Positions 35,423-44,928 of a stretch of 64,000 nt of DNA are shown here, one piece after another. Origin of the DNA: an uncultured Pseudomonadota bacterium (GTDB lineage Bacteria; Pseudomonadota; Alphaproteobacteria; Rhizobiales; Xanthobacteraceae); NCBI GenBank assembly GCA_963732895.1, contig CAVTBG010000009.1, positions 192,005-256,004 of the forward strand, given 5' to 3'. The notes under the pieces are model-generated. The model did not search any database. It was not told where the DNA came from and saw nothing but the letters and a program-made list of their open reading frames with translations. Both the position numbers and the translations under genes were made by a program. Every line of letters starts with the position of its first letter. Within the stretch, counting starts at the first letter, position 1.

Positions 35423-36496
35423 TTACTCCGCGAACACTTCCGGTTCCAGATCGATGCTCGACCGCATCCCGATGTCCGCGTAGTGCGCATCCAAAAACCG
35501 CCGTGCGGCGCGTTCGCCCAGCTTGCGCAACAGCTCGAAGGATTCGAAATCGTTGCGCAATCGGCTCGCCGACGAGAATCGCTCGCCCAAGCCCTCCAGC
35601 ACGATGCGGTGCACCTTGATGTGGCGGTATTGGTCGCGGCCGGTGCCGTGCGGTAGCCGGCCGAGCTCGATCTGCCGGTTGACGAACTGGATGGCGCGCA
35701 ATTCCGCCATTAGCGACGAATTGAAGGTGATCTCGTTCACGCGCGCCATGATCTCGCGGTTCGAATGCGGAATCTTGCGCCGCACCAGAGGGTTGATCTG
35801 AACGATCAGCACGTCTTCGGTGTCGGTTGCGCGGAAGAAGGGAAACAGCACCGGGTTGCCGAGATAGCCGCCATCCCAATAGGCGACGCCGTCGATCTCC
35901 ACCGCGCGAAACACCGCCGGCAGGCAGGCCGAGGCCATCACCGCCTCGGCGGAAATTTTGTCGTGCGGAAAAATGTGCAACCGCCCAGTCTGCACCGCGG
36001 TGGCTGCGATGAACAGCGGCCGCGGCTCTGCGCGCAAGCCCTCGAAGTCGACGAAACGCTCGATCAGGTCTTTCAGCGGATTGATGTTGAGCGGGTTGAA
36101 GTCGTAGGGGGACAGATAGCGGGACCAGGCGGAAAGCCAGTCGAGTCCCGGTTGTCCGTTCGGTACCAGCGAGAACAGCCGGCTCAGCACATTGCGTTGC
36201 AGCTCGGGCAGGTCGCCGCCGAGGCTCGCCGCTTTCCAGAAATCGGCCAGCCGCGTGCGCGCTTCGTCGGCGCCGCCGCGCTTGAGGCCGTCCGCCAGCA
36301 TCACCGCGTTGACCGCGCCAGCCGAGGTGCCGGAAATGCCGTCGAGGCTAAGCCTTCCGTCATGCAGCAGATGATCGAGCACGCCCCAGGTGAAGGCGCC
36401 GTGCGCACCGCCGCCTTGCAGCGCCAGATTGATGCGCTTGGGGCCTTTTGGCGCCGGATCACCGCCGCCACGCAAGGCGCGGGCAAGGAAGGTCAC
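35423..36496 (-). CDS. Patatin-like phospholipase/esterase
   Basis: QGGGAHG, GTSAG (Ser nucleophile), ASACLP, YWDGG; GTG start overlapping the bdhA stop. Confidence 0.9.
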   Translation of the reverse strand: MTFLARALRGGGDPAPKGPKRINLALQGGGAHGAFTWGVLDHLLHDGRLSLDGISGTSAGAVNAVMLADGLKRGGADEARTRLADFWKAASLGGDLPELQRNVLSRLFSLVPNGQPGLDWLSAWSRYLSPYDFNPLNINPLKDLIERFVDFEGLRAEPRPLFIAATAVQTGRLHIFPHDKISAEAVMASACLPAVFRAVEIDGVAYWDGGYLGNPVLFPFFRATDTEDVLIVQINPLVRRKIPHSNREIMARVNEITFNSSLMAELRAIQFVNRQIELGRLPHGTGRDQYRHIKVHRIVLEGLGERFSSASRLRNDFESFELLRKLGERAARRFLDAHYADIGMRSSIDLEPEVFAE

Positions 36497-37275
36497 TGCG
36501 CGGTCCAGCCGCCGTCGATCGAATAGGCCGAGCCGGTAATGCTCGCCGCCGCGTCGCCGGCCAGAAACACCGCCAGCGCGCCGATGTTCTCCGGCTTGGT
36601 GAACTCGTGCATCGGCTGCTTCTCGGACACCAGCGCCACCTTGGCCTCGTCGAACGTCTGGCCGGTCTCCTTGGCGCGCGCCTCGATCTGCTGTGCGACC
36701 AGCGGCGTCAACACCCAGCCAGGGCAGATGGCGTTGCAGGTGACGCCGTCGTTGGCGGCTTCGATCGCCACCACCTTGGTCAGCCCCACCAATCCGTGTT
36801 TGGCGGCGACGTAAGCCGCCTTCTGTCCGCTGGCGACCAAGCCGTGCGCCGAGGCGATATTGATGATGCGGCCCCACTTGCGGCTCTTCATGCCGGGCAC
36901 CGCGGCGTGGATGGTGTGGAAGGACGACGACAGGTTGATCGCGATCACCGCGTCCCATTTCTCGGTCGGAAAATCCTCAATGTTCGCCACGTGCTGGATG
37001 CCGGCGTTGTTCACGAGGATGTCGATTTGGCCGAATTCCTTTTCGGTCGTCGCGATCATCGCGGCGATTTCGCCGGGCTTCGACATGTCGGCGCCGGAGT
37101 AGCGCGCTTTGATGCCGAAATCCCTCTCGAGCCCGCTGCGTTCCTTTTCGATCGCGGCCGTCTCGCCGAAGCCGTTGAGCATCACGTCGGCGCCGGCCTC
37201 CGCCATGGCGCGGGCGATGGCGAGCCCGATCCCCGAGGTGGAGCCGGTGACCAGCGCGGTTTTGCCTTTGAGCAT
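36493..37275 (-). CDS. bdhA: D-3-hydroxybutyrate dehydrogenase
   Basis: TGSTSGIG, NNAGIQHV, SAHGLVAS, AYVAAKHG, ICPGWVLTPLV, EKQP. Confidence 0.93.
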   Translation of the reverse strand: MLKGKTALVTGSTSGIGLAIARAMAEAGADVMLNGFGETAAIEKERSGLERDFGIKARYSGADMSKPGEIAAMIATTEKEFGQIDILVNNAGIQHVANIEDFPTEKWDAVIAINLSSSFHTIHAAVPGMKSRKWGRIINIASAHGLVASGQKAAYVAAKHGLVGLTKVVAIEAANDGVTCNAICPGWVLTPLVAQQIEARAKETGQTFDEAKVALVSEKQPMHEFTKPENIGALAVFLAGDAAASITGSAYSIDGGWTAQ

Positions 37276-37448
37276 GGGTATCCTCGTCATGACGCGCGGC
37301 CAGGAATTTGGGCCGGCAAAGGGGTCGTCCGGTAACGGCCGGAAAGCTGCCTCTATTTTTGCTGCGGTGCAATATCTATCTAAGGAGGGGTTTTCGCGAA
37401 TCCAGCGTTATCGCGTTAGACTTGCGGCTGAAGGCGGAACGAAAAAAA

Positions 37449-37946
37449 TTGGCAAAACGGCATTCCCACGCGGTGTTCCCGGCGCCGGGTCACGACCACG
37501 ACCGCTGCGCCAGCGACGCCATTGCCCACGCGGAGCATATCTGCGCCGCGCGGCATGAGCGACTGACGCCGATTCGCCGCCGCGTGCTGGAGGCGCTGCT
37601 CGAAAGCCATCAGCCGCTCGGCGCCTACGAGCTGATCGACCGTCTCGCCGAGGACGGCGCGCGCCCGGCACCGATTACCATCTACCGCGCGCTCGACTTC
37701 CTGCGCGAGCAGGGACTTGTTCATCGAATCGAGAGTCGCAATGCCTTCATCGCCTGTGGGCACAATCACGTGAGCGGCGACCCGGTGGTGTTTCTGATCT
37801 GCGAGAAATGCGGCGCGGTTGGGGAGGCGGCATCGGCCGCGGTTGCCGACACCATCAGAACCGCCTCGCGCGCTGCCGACTTCATTCCGAAGACTCCGGT
37901 GATCGAGATTTACGGCATCTGCGCCCATTGCAAGCAGGCGGCTTAA
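37449..37946 (+). CDS. Fur-family regulator (Zur-like)
   Basis: RLTPIRRRVL, LGAYEL, TIYRALDFL, VHRIES, CEKC and CAHC; TTG start. Confidence 0.88.
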   Translation: MAKRHSHAVFPAPGHDHDRCASDAIAHAEHICAARHERLTPIRRRVLEALLESHQPLGAYELIDRLAEDGARPAPITIYRALDFLREQGLVHRIESRNAFIACGHNHVSGDPVVFLICEKCGAVGEAASAAVADTIRTASRAADFIPKTPVIEIYGICAHCKQAA

Positions 37947-38039
37947 AGCACATCGGCCGGCCATGACAGCATTGCGCCCCGGCGCATAGCTTCGCGCGGC
38001 GGCGCGCGCTAAAACCGCGGCCTTGCCGCCGGGGAGCCC

Positions 38040-38954
38040 ATGTCTGCTACTTCGACTTCCGAACACCATCACATCAGCCGCCCGCTCGATGCGCTCGCCG
38101 CCGCGCTGGTGGTGATGCTGTGCCTGTCCTGGGGCTTCAACCAAGTGGCGGTGAAGCTCGCCATTCACGACATCCCGCCGCTGATGCAGGGCGCGATCCG
38201 CTCGGCCGGAGCGACGATCCTGGTCGTCGGCTGGTGCGTCTTGCGCGGTATCCCATTGCTCAAGCGCGACGGCACGCTCATCCCCGGCCTTGCCGCCGGT
38301 GCGCTGTTCGGCCTTGAGTTTGTGTTCATCTACCAGGGGCTTGCCTTCACCACCGCCACCCGCGCGGTGCTGTTCATCTATCTCGCGCCGTTCTTTGTGG
38401 TGCTCGGCGCCCGCATCGTGCTGCCGGCCGACCGTTTCCGGTTGTCGCAGTGGATCGGCCTCATGCTGTCGTTCGCCGGTATGATGGTCGCCTTCGGCCT
38501 GCCGACGCCGGCGCTCGATCCGCGCCAGACGCTCGGCGATCTGATGTGCGTCATTGCCGCCGCATTCTGGGCCGCTACAACGCTGACGCTCAAGGCCAGC
38601 GCGCTCAACCGGGTGTCTGCGGAAAAAGTGATGCTCTACCAGCTCGTCGTTTCGGCGCCGATCCTCGCGCTGGCCGCCTGGATCGCCGGCGAGCAGATAT
38701 CTCACTGGCCTTCGGCGCAGGCCGTCGGTGCGCTTGCCTACCAGACTGTCTGGGTGGTCAGCGTCACCTTCGTCATCTGGTTCGCACTCATTGCGCGCTA
38801 TTCGGCGAGCCGGCTATCGGCCTTCTCGTTCCTGACGCCCCTGTTCGGGGTCGCCGCCGGCCATCTGGTTCTGGGCGAGCCGCTGACCCCGGCCTTTGCC
38901 GCCGCTGTCGCCTTGGTCGCCGCCGGCCTGATGCTGGTGAACCGGCCGCGCTGA
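38040..38954 (+). CDS. DMT/EamA family transporter
   Basis: 10-TM pattern; SWGFNQVAVK, FLTPLFGV. Confidence 0.9.
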   Translation: MSATSTSEHHHISRPLDALAAALVVMLCLSWGFNQVAVKLAIHDIPPLMQGAIRSAGATILVVGWCVLRGIPLLKRDGTLIPGLAAGALFGLEFVFIYQGLAFTTATRAVLFIYLAPFFVVLGARIVLPADRFRLSQWIGLMLSFAGMMVAFGLPTPALDPRQTLGDLMCVIAAAFWAATTLTLKASALNRVSAEKVMLYQLVVSAPILALAAWIAGEQISHWPSAQAVGALAYQTVWVVSVTFVIWFALIARYSASRLSAFSFLTPLFGVAAGHLVLGEPLTPAFAAAVALVAAGLMLVNRPR

Positions 38955-38973
38955 TGTTAGTCCTTTGTGTGAG

Positions 38974-39822
38974 ATGAAGGGCCGATCCGACACGATCAAC
39001 GAGCGCCAACGCGCGCAGGCGGAAGCCCTGCAACGGGCGACGTTCGCTGCCCAAAACGGGCATCCGCTCGACGCCGAACGCATCGCTGGCGAAGTCCTCG
39101 CGGCGAACGCCGGTCATCCGGAAGCGACCAAGATTCTCGGTTACGCGCTGCTGATGCAGGACCGTGCCGACGAAGCGCTGGCGCCGCTCGAGAAGGTGGC
39201 GCGCACCAGCCGTAATCCGGAAGTCGAGACTCAGCTCGCCATCGCGTTGCGGCACGTCGGACGGAGCGACAAGGCGTTGCTTTGGTTGCGACGGGCCATC
39301 AAGCGAACGCCGCCGTTCGCGCCGGCGTTTCATGAGCTGGGCTATCTCCTCTACGTATTGAAGCAGCGGGACGAGGCGATCGAGGTGCTCAGGCAAGGCA
39401 CCGCGGTGGCGCCGATGATGACCGAGATGTGGATCCAGCTCGGCTACGTTTGCTCCACGGTCAACGACCGCTCCAAAGCCGCCGGCGCCTTTGCGCGAGC
39501 GCTTGCCATCAATCCCGTCCACCCTGACGCCTTGCAGGGACTGACGTCTGTGCTGATGCACGAAGGCGAATACGCGAAGGCGGCCGAGCTGTTCAAACGC
39601 GCGATCGCGGCCAACCCCGGCCATGCGTGGGCGCGCATCGGGCTCGGCAATTGCCTGCTGGAGCTCGGCCAGGAGGATGCCGCCTATGCCTGCCTGCGAG
39701 CTGCTACCGGCAAGGGCGCCGAGCTGCATAGGGTGCTCAAGGCAATTACGTCGTCCGGCCGTGGACGCTTCTGGCTGCGCCCCAGCGACGCCACGAAGTT
39801 CTTCAGGGGTGAAAGCGCCTGA
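38974..39822 (+). CDS. Tetratricopeptide-repeat protein
   Basis: Repeated LG..L...G...EA...L..A...P helical units; no catalytic domain recognised. Confidence 0.8.
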   Translation: MKGRSDTINERQRAQAEALQRATFAAQNGHPLDAERIAGEVLAANAGHPEATKILGYALLMQDRADEALAPLEKVARTSRNPEVETQLAIALRHVGRSDKALLWLRRAIKRTPPFAPAFHELGYLLYVLKQRDEAIEVLRQGTAVAPMMTEMWIQLGYVCSTVNDRSKAAGAFARALAINPVHPDALQGLTSVLMHEGEYAKAAELFKRAIAANPGHAWARIGLGNCLLELGQEDAAYACLRAATGKGAELHRVLKAITSSGRGRFWLRPSDATKFFRGESA

Positions 39823-39828
39823 CGCGGG

Positions 39829-40548
39829 CTAGCGTTTTGGCTCGCGAAATTCGCGCCGGTAGACGCCCAACTCGCTTGCGATGGTGCCGGCCGTGTCGTT
39901 GAGCCGGACAGCGGCTTCGGGGGTGAGCCTTTCGGTCTGACTCGTCCATTTCTCGCGTTTGACCGGGATACACTGCGCGATAGGCGTTCCCTTCGGCAGC
40001 ACGCCATTGAACTCGTCGTCGTGCCAGCGCGCCGGAAAGTGGATCAGGTTGTCGTTATAGCTGTCGGTGTCGACCAGTCCGGTGACCGTGGTGAACGGCA
40101 GATCTTTCCGGTTCAGCGGGTGCGTGCACAGCAGCGAGTAGCCCGACGGCGTCTCGATCGTCCAGAAATTGTTGAACTTGATGAGAAAGCGGTCCTCGTC
40201 GAAGAACGGCGTGCCGGCGGCCTGAACGTTGTCGTGATAGTCGATCGGCGCGTGAGGAAAGTTGGTGACGCCGCCGCCCGGCACGTCGCGGTCCCAGAAG
40301 AACTCTCCGTTCTCGACCTTGAGATCGCATACCAGCGGTATCAGGAATCCGTAGCCCATGGCGTCGATGAACGGCGGGCATTTTTTGACCGTCATCACGT
40401 CCGTCTGGTTGATTTCGCTGAAGACTTTTTGCGGCATCGCCTTGAACCAGTCGGGGAGACCCTGTACGGCCGGAATTGGCCGCGGCAGGATCGGTTCCAA
40501 CTCCGGCGGGCAGCGGAAAACAACGGACCTCGGGCTTGTCTGGTGCAT
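39829..40548 (-). CDS. Conserved hypothetical protein (tentatively DUF6065-like, beta-rich)
   Basis: Host-like codon usage; LPDWFK, TVKKCPPFIDAM, GLVDTD, PKGTPIAQCIP. Confidence 0.7.
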   Translation of the reverse strand: MHQTSPRSVVFRCPPELEPILPRPIPAVQGLPDWFKAMPQKVFSEINQTDVMTVKKCPPFIDAMGYGFLIPLVCDLKVENGEFFWDRDVPGGGVTNFPHAPIDYHDNVQAAGTPFFDEDRFLIKFNNFWTIETPSGYSLLCTHPLNRKDLPFTTVTGLVDTDSYNDNLIHFPARWHDDEFNGVLPKGTPIAQCIPVKREKWTSQTERLTPEAAVRLNDTAGTIASELGVYRREFREPKR

Positions 40549-40608
40549 GCCGTAGCGGGCCCCCAAGCCTCCGCACGTCGAACTGCAGCTTTTATGATCT
40601 TATTTGAG

Positions 40609-40642
40609 TGCTATTTTATGCTCCGATTATTTACAATAGCAA
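40609..40642 (-). promoter_or_regulatory. Sigma70-like promoter TTGCTA-N18-TAAAAT overlapped by inverted repeat TGCTATT-N19-AATAGCA
   Basis: Read on the minus strand in an AT-rich tract upstream of the 40548 gene. Confidence 0.4.
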
Positions 40643-40899
40643 GAAAGTTATATCAAATTTATACATCCGCCGGCGGCAAAGAACTGGCGCTGGTCGACCG
40701 ATTGCCGCTGGCGTCATTGCACCGACGTAAATCGAGGCCAAATTGAAGGACTACGGGAGGCGGCCGTGCCATTGACGCTGTTCGTGCGCTCTGGCACTCC
40801 GGTCCGAAGGAACCGCCGTCCGCGTAGCACGGTTGTCGGAAGGGCCCCGGCGCTGGTTGGTTCGCGATAAAGAGCCGCGCAAACAAGAAGTTACATCCG

Positions 40900-42147
40900 A
40901 TGAGCATGAGCACGATCAATCGCCACAAGACCGTCGGCGTTGACGTCGGCGGCGTCATGGTGGGCGGCGGCGCCCCTATCGTGGTGCAGTCGATGACCAA
41001 CACCGATACTGCGGATGTTGACTCGACAGTCCGCCAGGTCGCCGCGCTCGCGCGCGCAGGCTCCGAGATCGTGCGCATCACCGTCGACCGCGACGAGGCA
41101 GCCGCTGCCGTGCCGCACATCAAGGAGCGGCTGCTGAAGATGGGCGTCGACGTGCCCATCGTCGGCGACTTCCATTACATCGGTCACAAGCTGCTTAACG
41201 ACCACCCGGCCTGCGCGGTAGCGCTCGACAAGTACCGCATCAATCCCGGCAATGTCGGCTTCAAGGGCAAGCGCGATCCGCAATTCACGCAGATCGTCGA
41301 AATGGCAATCAAGCACGGCAAGCCGGTGCGCATTGGCGTCAACTGGGGTTCGCTCGACCAGGAACTGCTCACCAAGCTGATGGACGAGAACTCGCGGTCG
41401 GCGACGCCGCGCGACGCCCGCGAGATCATGCACGAAGCCATGGTGCAGTCCGCGCTTCTTTCCGCTGCGCGTGCCGAAGAGATCGGCCTGCCGAAGAACC
41501 GCATCATCCTTTCCGCCAAGGTGTCGGCGGTGCAGGACCTGATCGCCTGCTATCTCGAGCTCGCCCGCCGCTCCGATTACGCGCTGCATCTCGGCCTCAC
41601 CGAAGCCGGCATGGGGACCAAGGGCATTGTCGCTTCCAGCGCGGCCATGGGCGTGCTGCTGCAACAGGGCATCGGCGACACCGTCCGCATTTCGCTGACG
41701 CCGGAGCCCAACGGTGATCGTACGCGCGAAGTGCAGGTGGCGCAGGAATTGTTGCAGACCATGGGCCTGCGCACCTTCGTGCCGCTGGTTGCCGCCTGCC
41801 CTGGCTGCGGCCGCACCACCTCGACCACCTTTCAGGAACTCGCCTCCGACATCCAGGGCTTCATCCGCGACTCCATGCCGGCGTGGAAGACGCGTTATCC
41901 GGGCGTCGAGACGCTCAACGTCGCGGTCATGGGCTGCATCGTCAACGGTCCGGGTGAATCCAAGCACGCCGACATCGGCATCTCGCTGCCCGGCACCGGC
42001 GAGCAGCCGACCGCGCCGGTATTCATCGACGGCAAAAAGGCCGCCACCTTGCGCGGGCCGACGCTCTCTGCCGACTTCAAGCAGATGGTGATCGACTACA
42101 TCGACCGCCGCTTCGGCACGGGCGGCGAGCGGACCGCCGCCGAGTGA
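40900..42147 (+). CDS. ispG: (E)-4-hydroxy-3-methylbut-2-enyl-diphosphate synthase
   Basis: [49 protein letters not shown]. Confidence 0.97.
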   Translation: MSMSTINRHKTVGVDVGGVMVGGGAPIVVQSMTNTDTADVDSTVRQVAALARAGSEIVRITVDRDEAAAAVPHIKERLLKMGVDVPIVGDFHYIGHKLLNDHPACAVALDKYRINPGNVGFKGKRDPQFTQIVEMAIKHGKPVRIGVNWGSLDQELLTKLMDENSRSATPRDAREIMHEAMVQSALLSAARAEEIGLPKNRIILSAKVSAVQDLIACYLELARRSDYALHLGLTEAGMGTKGIVASSAAMGVLLQQGIGDTVRISLTPEPNGDRTREVQVAQELLQTMGLRTFVPLVAACPGCGRTTSTTFQELASDIQGFIRDSMPAWKTRYPGVETLNVAVMGCIVNGPGESKHADIGISLPGTGEQPTAPVFIDGKKAATLRGPTLSADFKQMVIDYIDRRFGTGGERTAAE

Positions 42148-42575
42148 AGACCAAACCATTTCTGATAGGCTTCATCGCGATCATGGTCGCGGTAGTCATC
42201 GCTTCCGTCTATCTCAGCCTTACCGTCGAACCGACCAACAAATCATTCGTCGCGGTCAAGTCGCCGGACGGCCGCTACAAGGTGGTGTTGGCCTCGTTGA
42301 CGCGCCCCGGCAAACCGCCGTTCTGTGCCGATAGCATCGCGATCTTCCTCTCGGTCTATCCCGACAGCTTTGTCGAAAGCGACAAGGTCTACGAGATCTA
42401 TGCTGCCCCTTGCGCCGCACCCTCAGGCCGCGTACCGCCGCCCGAGATGGAGTGGCTGTCGAACACGGAATTGCGCATCACCTATTCGCCGCCGCCCGCC
42501 CCCGATGCGGCCAAGGTGAAGATGAACGCTCTCGATGCGTCGAAATATGTGCACGTGACGTACGTGGCGCGGTAG
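42144..42575 (+). CDS. Hypothetical membrane-anchored/secreted protein
   Basis: 143 aa with an N-terminal hydrophobic helix; GTGA overlap with ispG. Confidence 0.65.
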   Translation: MKTKPFLIGFIAIMVAVVIASVYLSLTVEPTNKSFVAVKSPDGRYKVVLASLTRPGKPPFCADSIAIFLSVYPDSFVESDKVYEIYAAPCAAPSGRVPPPEMEWLSNTELRITYSPPPAPDAAKVKMNALDASKYVHVTYVAR

Positions 42576-42686
42576 GACGCTCGCTAAATTCAGTTGATTT
42601 AACGCAGCCACCACTGGCTGACATTGATGAACTCGTATCGGCGTATCTTTAAATTCCGTACGACGAATGGTCTTGGTGATCTTGGT

Positions 42687-42803
42687 TTAGAGTTCGGCGC
42701 GCCGCCGCTCGATGCGGCACCAAAGCTTGTAGCATTCCACGGCAGGAAATCTCTGCGCGCGCATCACTCGGAGTTGCCGCTCTAGGCGCTCAATCCCTGC
42801 CAA
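42687..42803 (-). CDS. Possible 38-aa small protein (MAGIERLERQLRVMRAQRFPAVECYKLWCRIERRRAEL)
   Basis: Manual translation; TTG start 4 nt after AAGGAGG; below the ORF-track cutoff. Confidence 0.3.
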   Translation of the reverse strand: MAGIERLERQLRVMRAQRFPAVECYKLWCRIERRRAEL

Positions 42804-42985
42804 TGAGCCTCCTTGATTTGGTATCAGACAACGCGTCCGAAATGGTCGTAAGGGCTACACGCTGCCCAAAATTGCGGGTGGGTTTCGGTCTTGCCCAACT
42901 TGCCGCTGCCTCGTACCCGGCGACTCAGCTATAACGTCCCTCACCTCCCGCTGCTGCCGGGTTTCAAAACAAGCGGATGGACACC

Positions 42986-43231
42986 ATGAACAAACTTCAA
43001 CCGATTCCACTCGGCCTTGCCGCCGGCATCCTGTGGGCGGTTTCCGTGTTTGTGCTCGGCCTGACCGCCATCGGCGGCTGGGGCGGCGGCATCGTCGCCG
43101 GCCTTGGCACGTTCTATATCGGCTATGGTCCTTCGATCATCGGCGCCATCATCGGCGCGATCTGGGCCTTCGTCGACGGCTTGGTTGGCGGCGTCATCCT
43201 GGCCTGGCTCTACAACATGTTGGCGAAGTAG
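42986..43231 (+). CDS. Small Gly-rich membrane protein (holin-like family, tentative)
   Basis: 81 aa, 2-3 TM; LGLAAGILWA...YIGYGPSIIGAIIG...GGVILAWLYN. Confidence 0.7.
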   Translation: MNKLQPIPLGLAAGILWAVSVFVLGLTAIGGWGGGIVAGLGTFYIGYGPSIIGAIIGAIWAFVDGLVGGVILAWLYNMLAK

Positions 43232-43264
43232 CGGGCAGCGTGTCATTACGCGCTGTTGTCATGA

Positions 43265-44872
43265 TCAAATCCAACCGCCGCCATCATGCCCGCGGTTGGC
43301 GAGGCTGGCTTCTTCCAGATCGAGCTCGTATTCGATCCGTCGCCGCGCCTCGTCGGTGATCTTGCCCTCGCGCAACAGCCGGTAGATGAATTTGCGCTCG
43401 GCGTCGATCAGCTCTTTCTTCAAGCTCGCGCTCTGGCGCGTGCGGTCGAGTCCATCGGCGAGGTCGTGCGGCAGGATCTGCGTGCGGCTCAAATTGCGTG
43501 TGCGCAGTAATTCGAGTACGTCATCGGGCACTTCGCGTTCGCCGGCGAGCGCTTCGAGCCGCTTGCTCACTTCTACCAGTGCCGCCTGCCGTGCCGCCAG
43601 CTCCGCTTGAATTTCGCTCTGGCGCTCGGCCTCGCCGTGCTGCGTCAGGCCGAGCCAGCGCACCACGCTCGGCAGCAACAGACCATGTCCGATCAGCGTC
43701 ACGATGATTACGCCGAAGGTGACGAACAGAATCAGGTCGCGGTGCGGAAACGGCTGGCCGCTGTCGGTCGCGTAGGGAATGGCCAGGGCGGCGGCGAGCG
43801 AGACTACGCCGCGGATGCCGGTGAAGGCGAGCAGGAACACCGATTGCCAAGGCGGCGACGGATCGCGCCGCGCTATTGGCGGGATCAGCCAGCGCGGCAG
43901 ATAGGTCGCCGGAAACACCCAGATGAAGCGCGCGGCGATCACGATCAGTACGGCCCAGCCGGTCGCGATCAGCAAATCGGAAATCGAAAAGGTGTGCCCG
44001 TTGTCCATCAGCGTGCGCGCTTCCAGGCCGGTGACCAGGAACACCAGGCCTTCGACCAGATAGACGAGCAGGTCCCAGAAGAAGATGCCCTGCAGTCTTG
44101 TGGCCGAGGAGATCAGCCGCGGTCCATTCCAGCTCACATAGAGTCCGCAGGCGACGGTCGCGAGCACGCCGGAACCGCCGAGGTGCGCCGGCACCCAGAA
44201 GGCGAGATAGGGCGTCATCAGCGACAGCGTGATCTCGACGCGCGGGTCGCGCGCCCAATGTCTGAGGCGCAGGCTCAGCCAGCCGACGCCGATACCGTAG
44301 ATCACTTCGCACACAACGATCGCGCCGAAAGTACCGGCGGCTTCTTCGATCGAGAACGTGCCGGTGACGACCGCGGCGACGGCAAAGCGGTAGAGGATCA
44401 GCGCGGTGGCGTCGTTGGCGAGTCCTTCACCTTCCAACACCACCACGATCCGGCGCGGCAGGCCGAGCCGGCGCGCGATGGCGAGCGGCGCCACCACGTC
44501 GGGCGGTGCGATGATGGCGCCGAGCACAAAACCGACCGGCCAGGAGAAATGCAGCAGGTAATGCGCGGCCGCCGCCACCGCGCCGGCGGTGAACACCACG
44601 CAGCCGAAGGCGAGCAGGCCAATCGGCCGCAGATTGAACTTGAAGTCGTGCCAGCTCATAGCGACGCCGGCCGAATAGATCAGCGGCGGCAGGATGACGA
44701 GCAGCACGACTTCCGGCGCCAGCGAAACTTTCGGCAGGCCTGGGATCAGCGCCATGGCGATTCCGGCGATCACCAGTAGGATCGACGGCGCCACATTGAG
44801 CCGCCGCGCCAGCACGGCGACCACGGCGAGCACCGCCAGCATGAACAGCAGCGTCTGCATGATCGCGGTCAT
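43265..44872 (-). CDS. CPA1-family Na+/H+ antiporter
   Basis: LPPLIYSAG, GAIIAPPDVVA, LEGEGLANDATA, GIRGVVSLAAAL. Confidence 0.93.
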   Translation of the reverse strand: MTAIMQTLLFMLAVLAVVAVLARRLNVAPSILLVIAGIAMALIPGLPKVSLAPEVVLLVILPPLIYSAGVAMSWHDFKFNLRPIGLLAFGCVVFTAGAVAAAAHYLLHFSWPVGFVLGAIIAPPDVVAPLAIARRLGLPRRIVVVLEGEGLANDATALILYRFAVAAVVTGTFSIEEAAGTFGAIVVCEVIYGIGVGWLSLRLRHWARDPRVEITLSLMTPYLAFWVPAHLGGSGVLATVACGLYVSWNGPRLISSATRLQGIFFWDLLVYLVEGLVFLVTGLEARTLMDNGHTFSISDLLIATGWAVLIVIAARFIWVFPATYLPRWLIPPIARRDPSPPWQSVFLLAFTGIRGVVSLAAALAIPYATDSGQPFPHRDLILFVTFGVIIVTLIGHGLLLPSVVRWLGLTQHGEAERQSEIQAELAARQAALVEVSKRLEALAGEREVPDDVLELLRTRNLSRTQILPHDLADGLDRTRQSASLKKELIDAERKFIYRLLREGKITDEARRRIEYELDLEEASLANRGHDGGGWI

Positions 44873-44928
44873 GGCGTCATCCCCGTATTCCCACTCGCCC
44901 GGTCAATGGGGTCGTGTACGCATGGCGA

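Noticed and set aside
35423-36958. 511-aa patatin with a long N-terminal extension
   Set aside because: The extension is an alternate frame of bdhA; a GTG overlapping the bdhA stop gives a normal-sized protein
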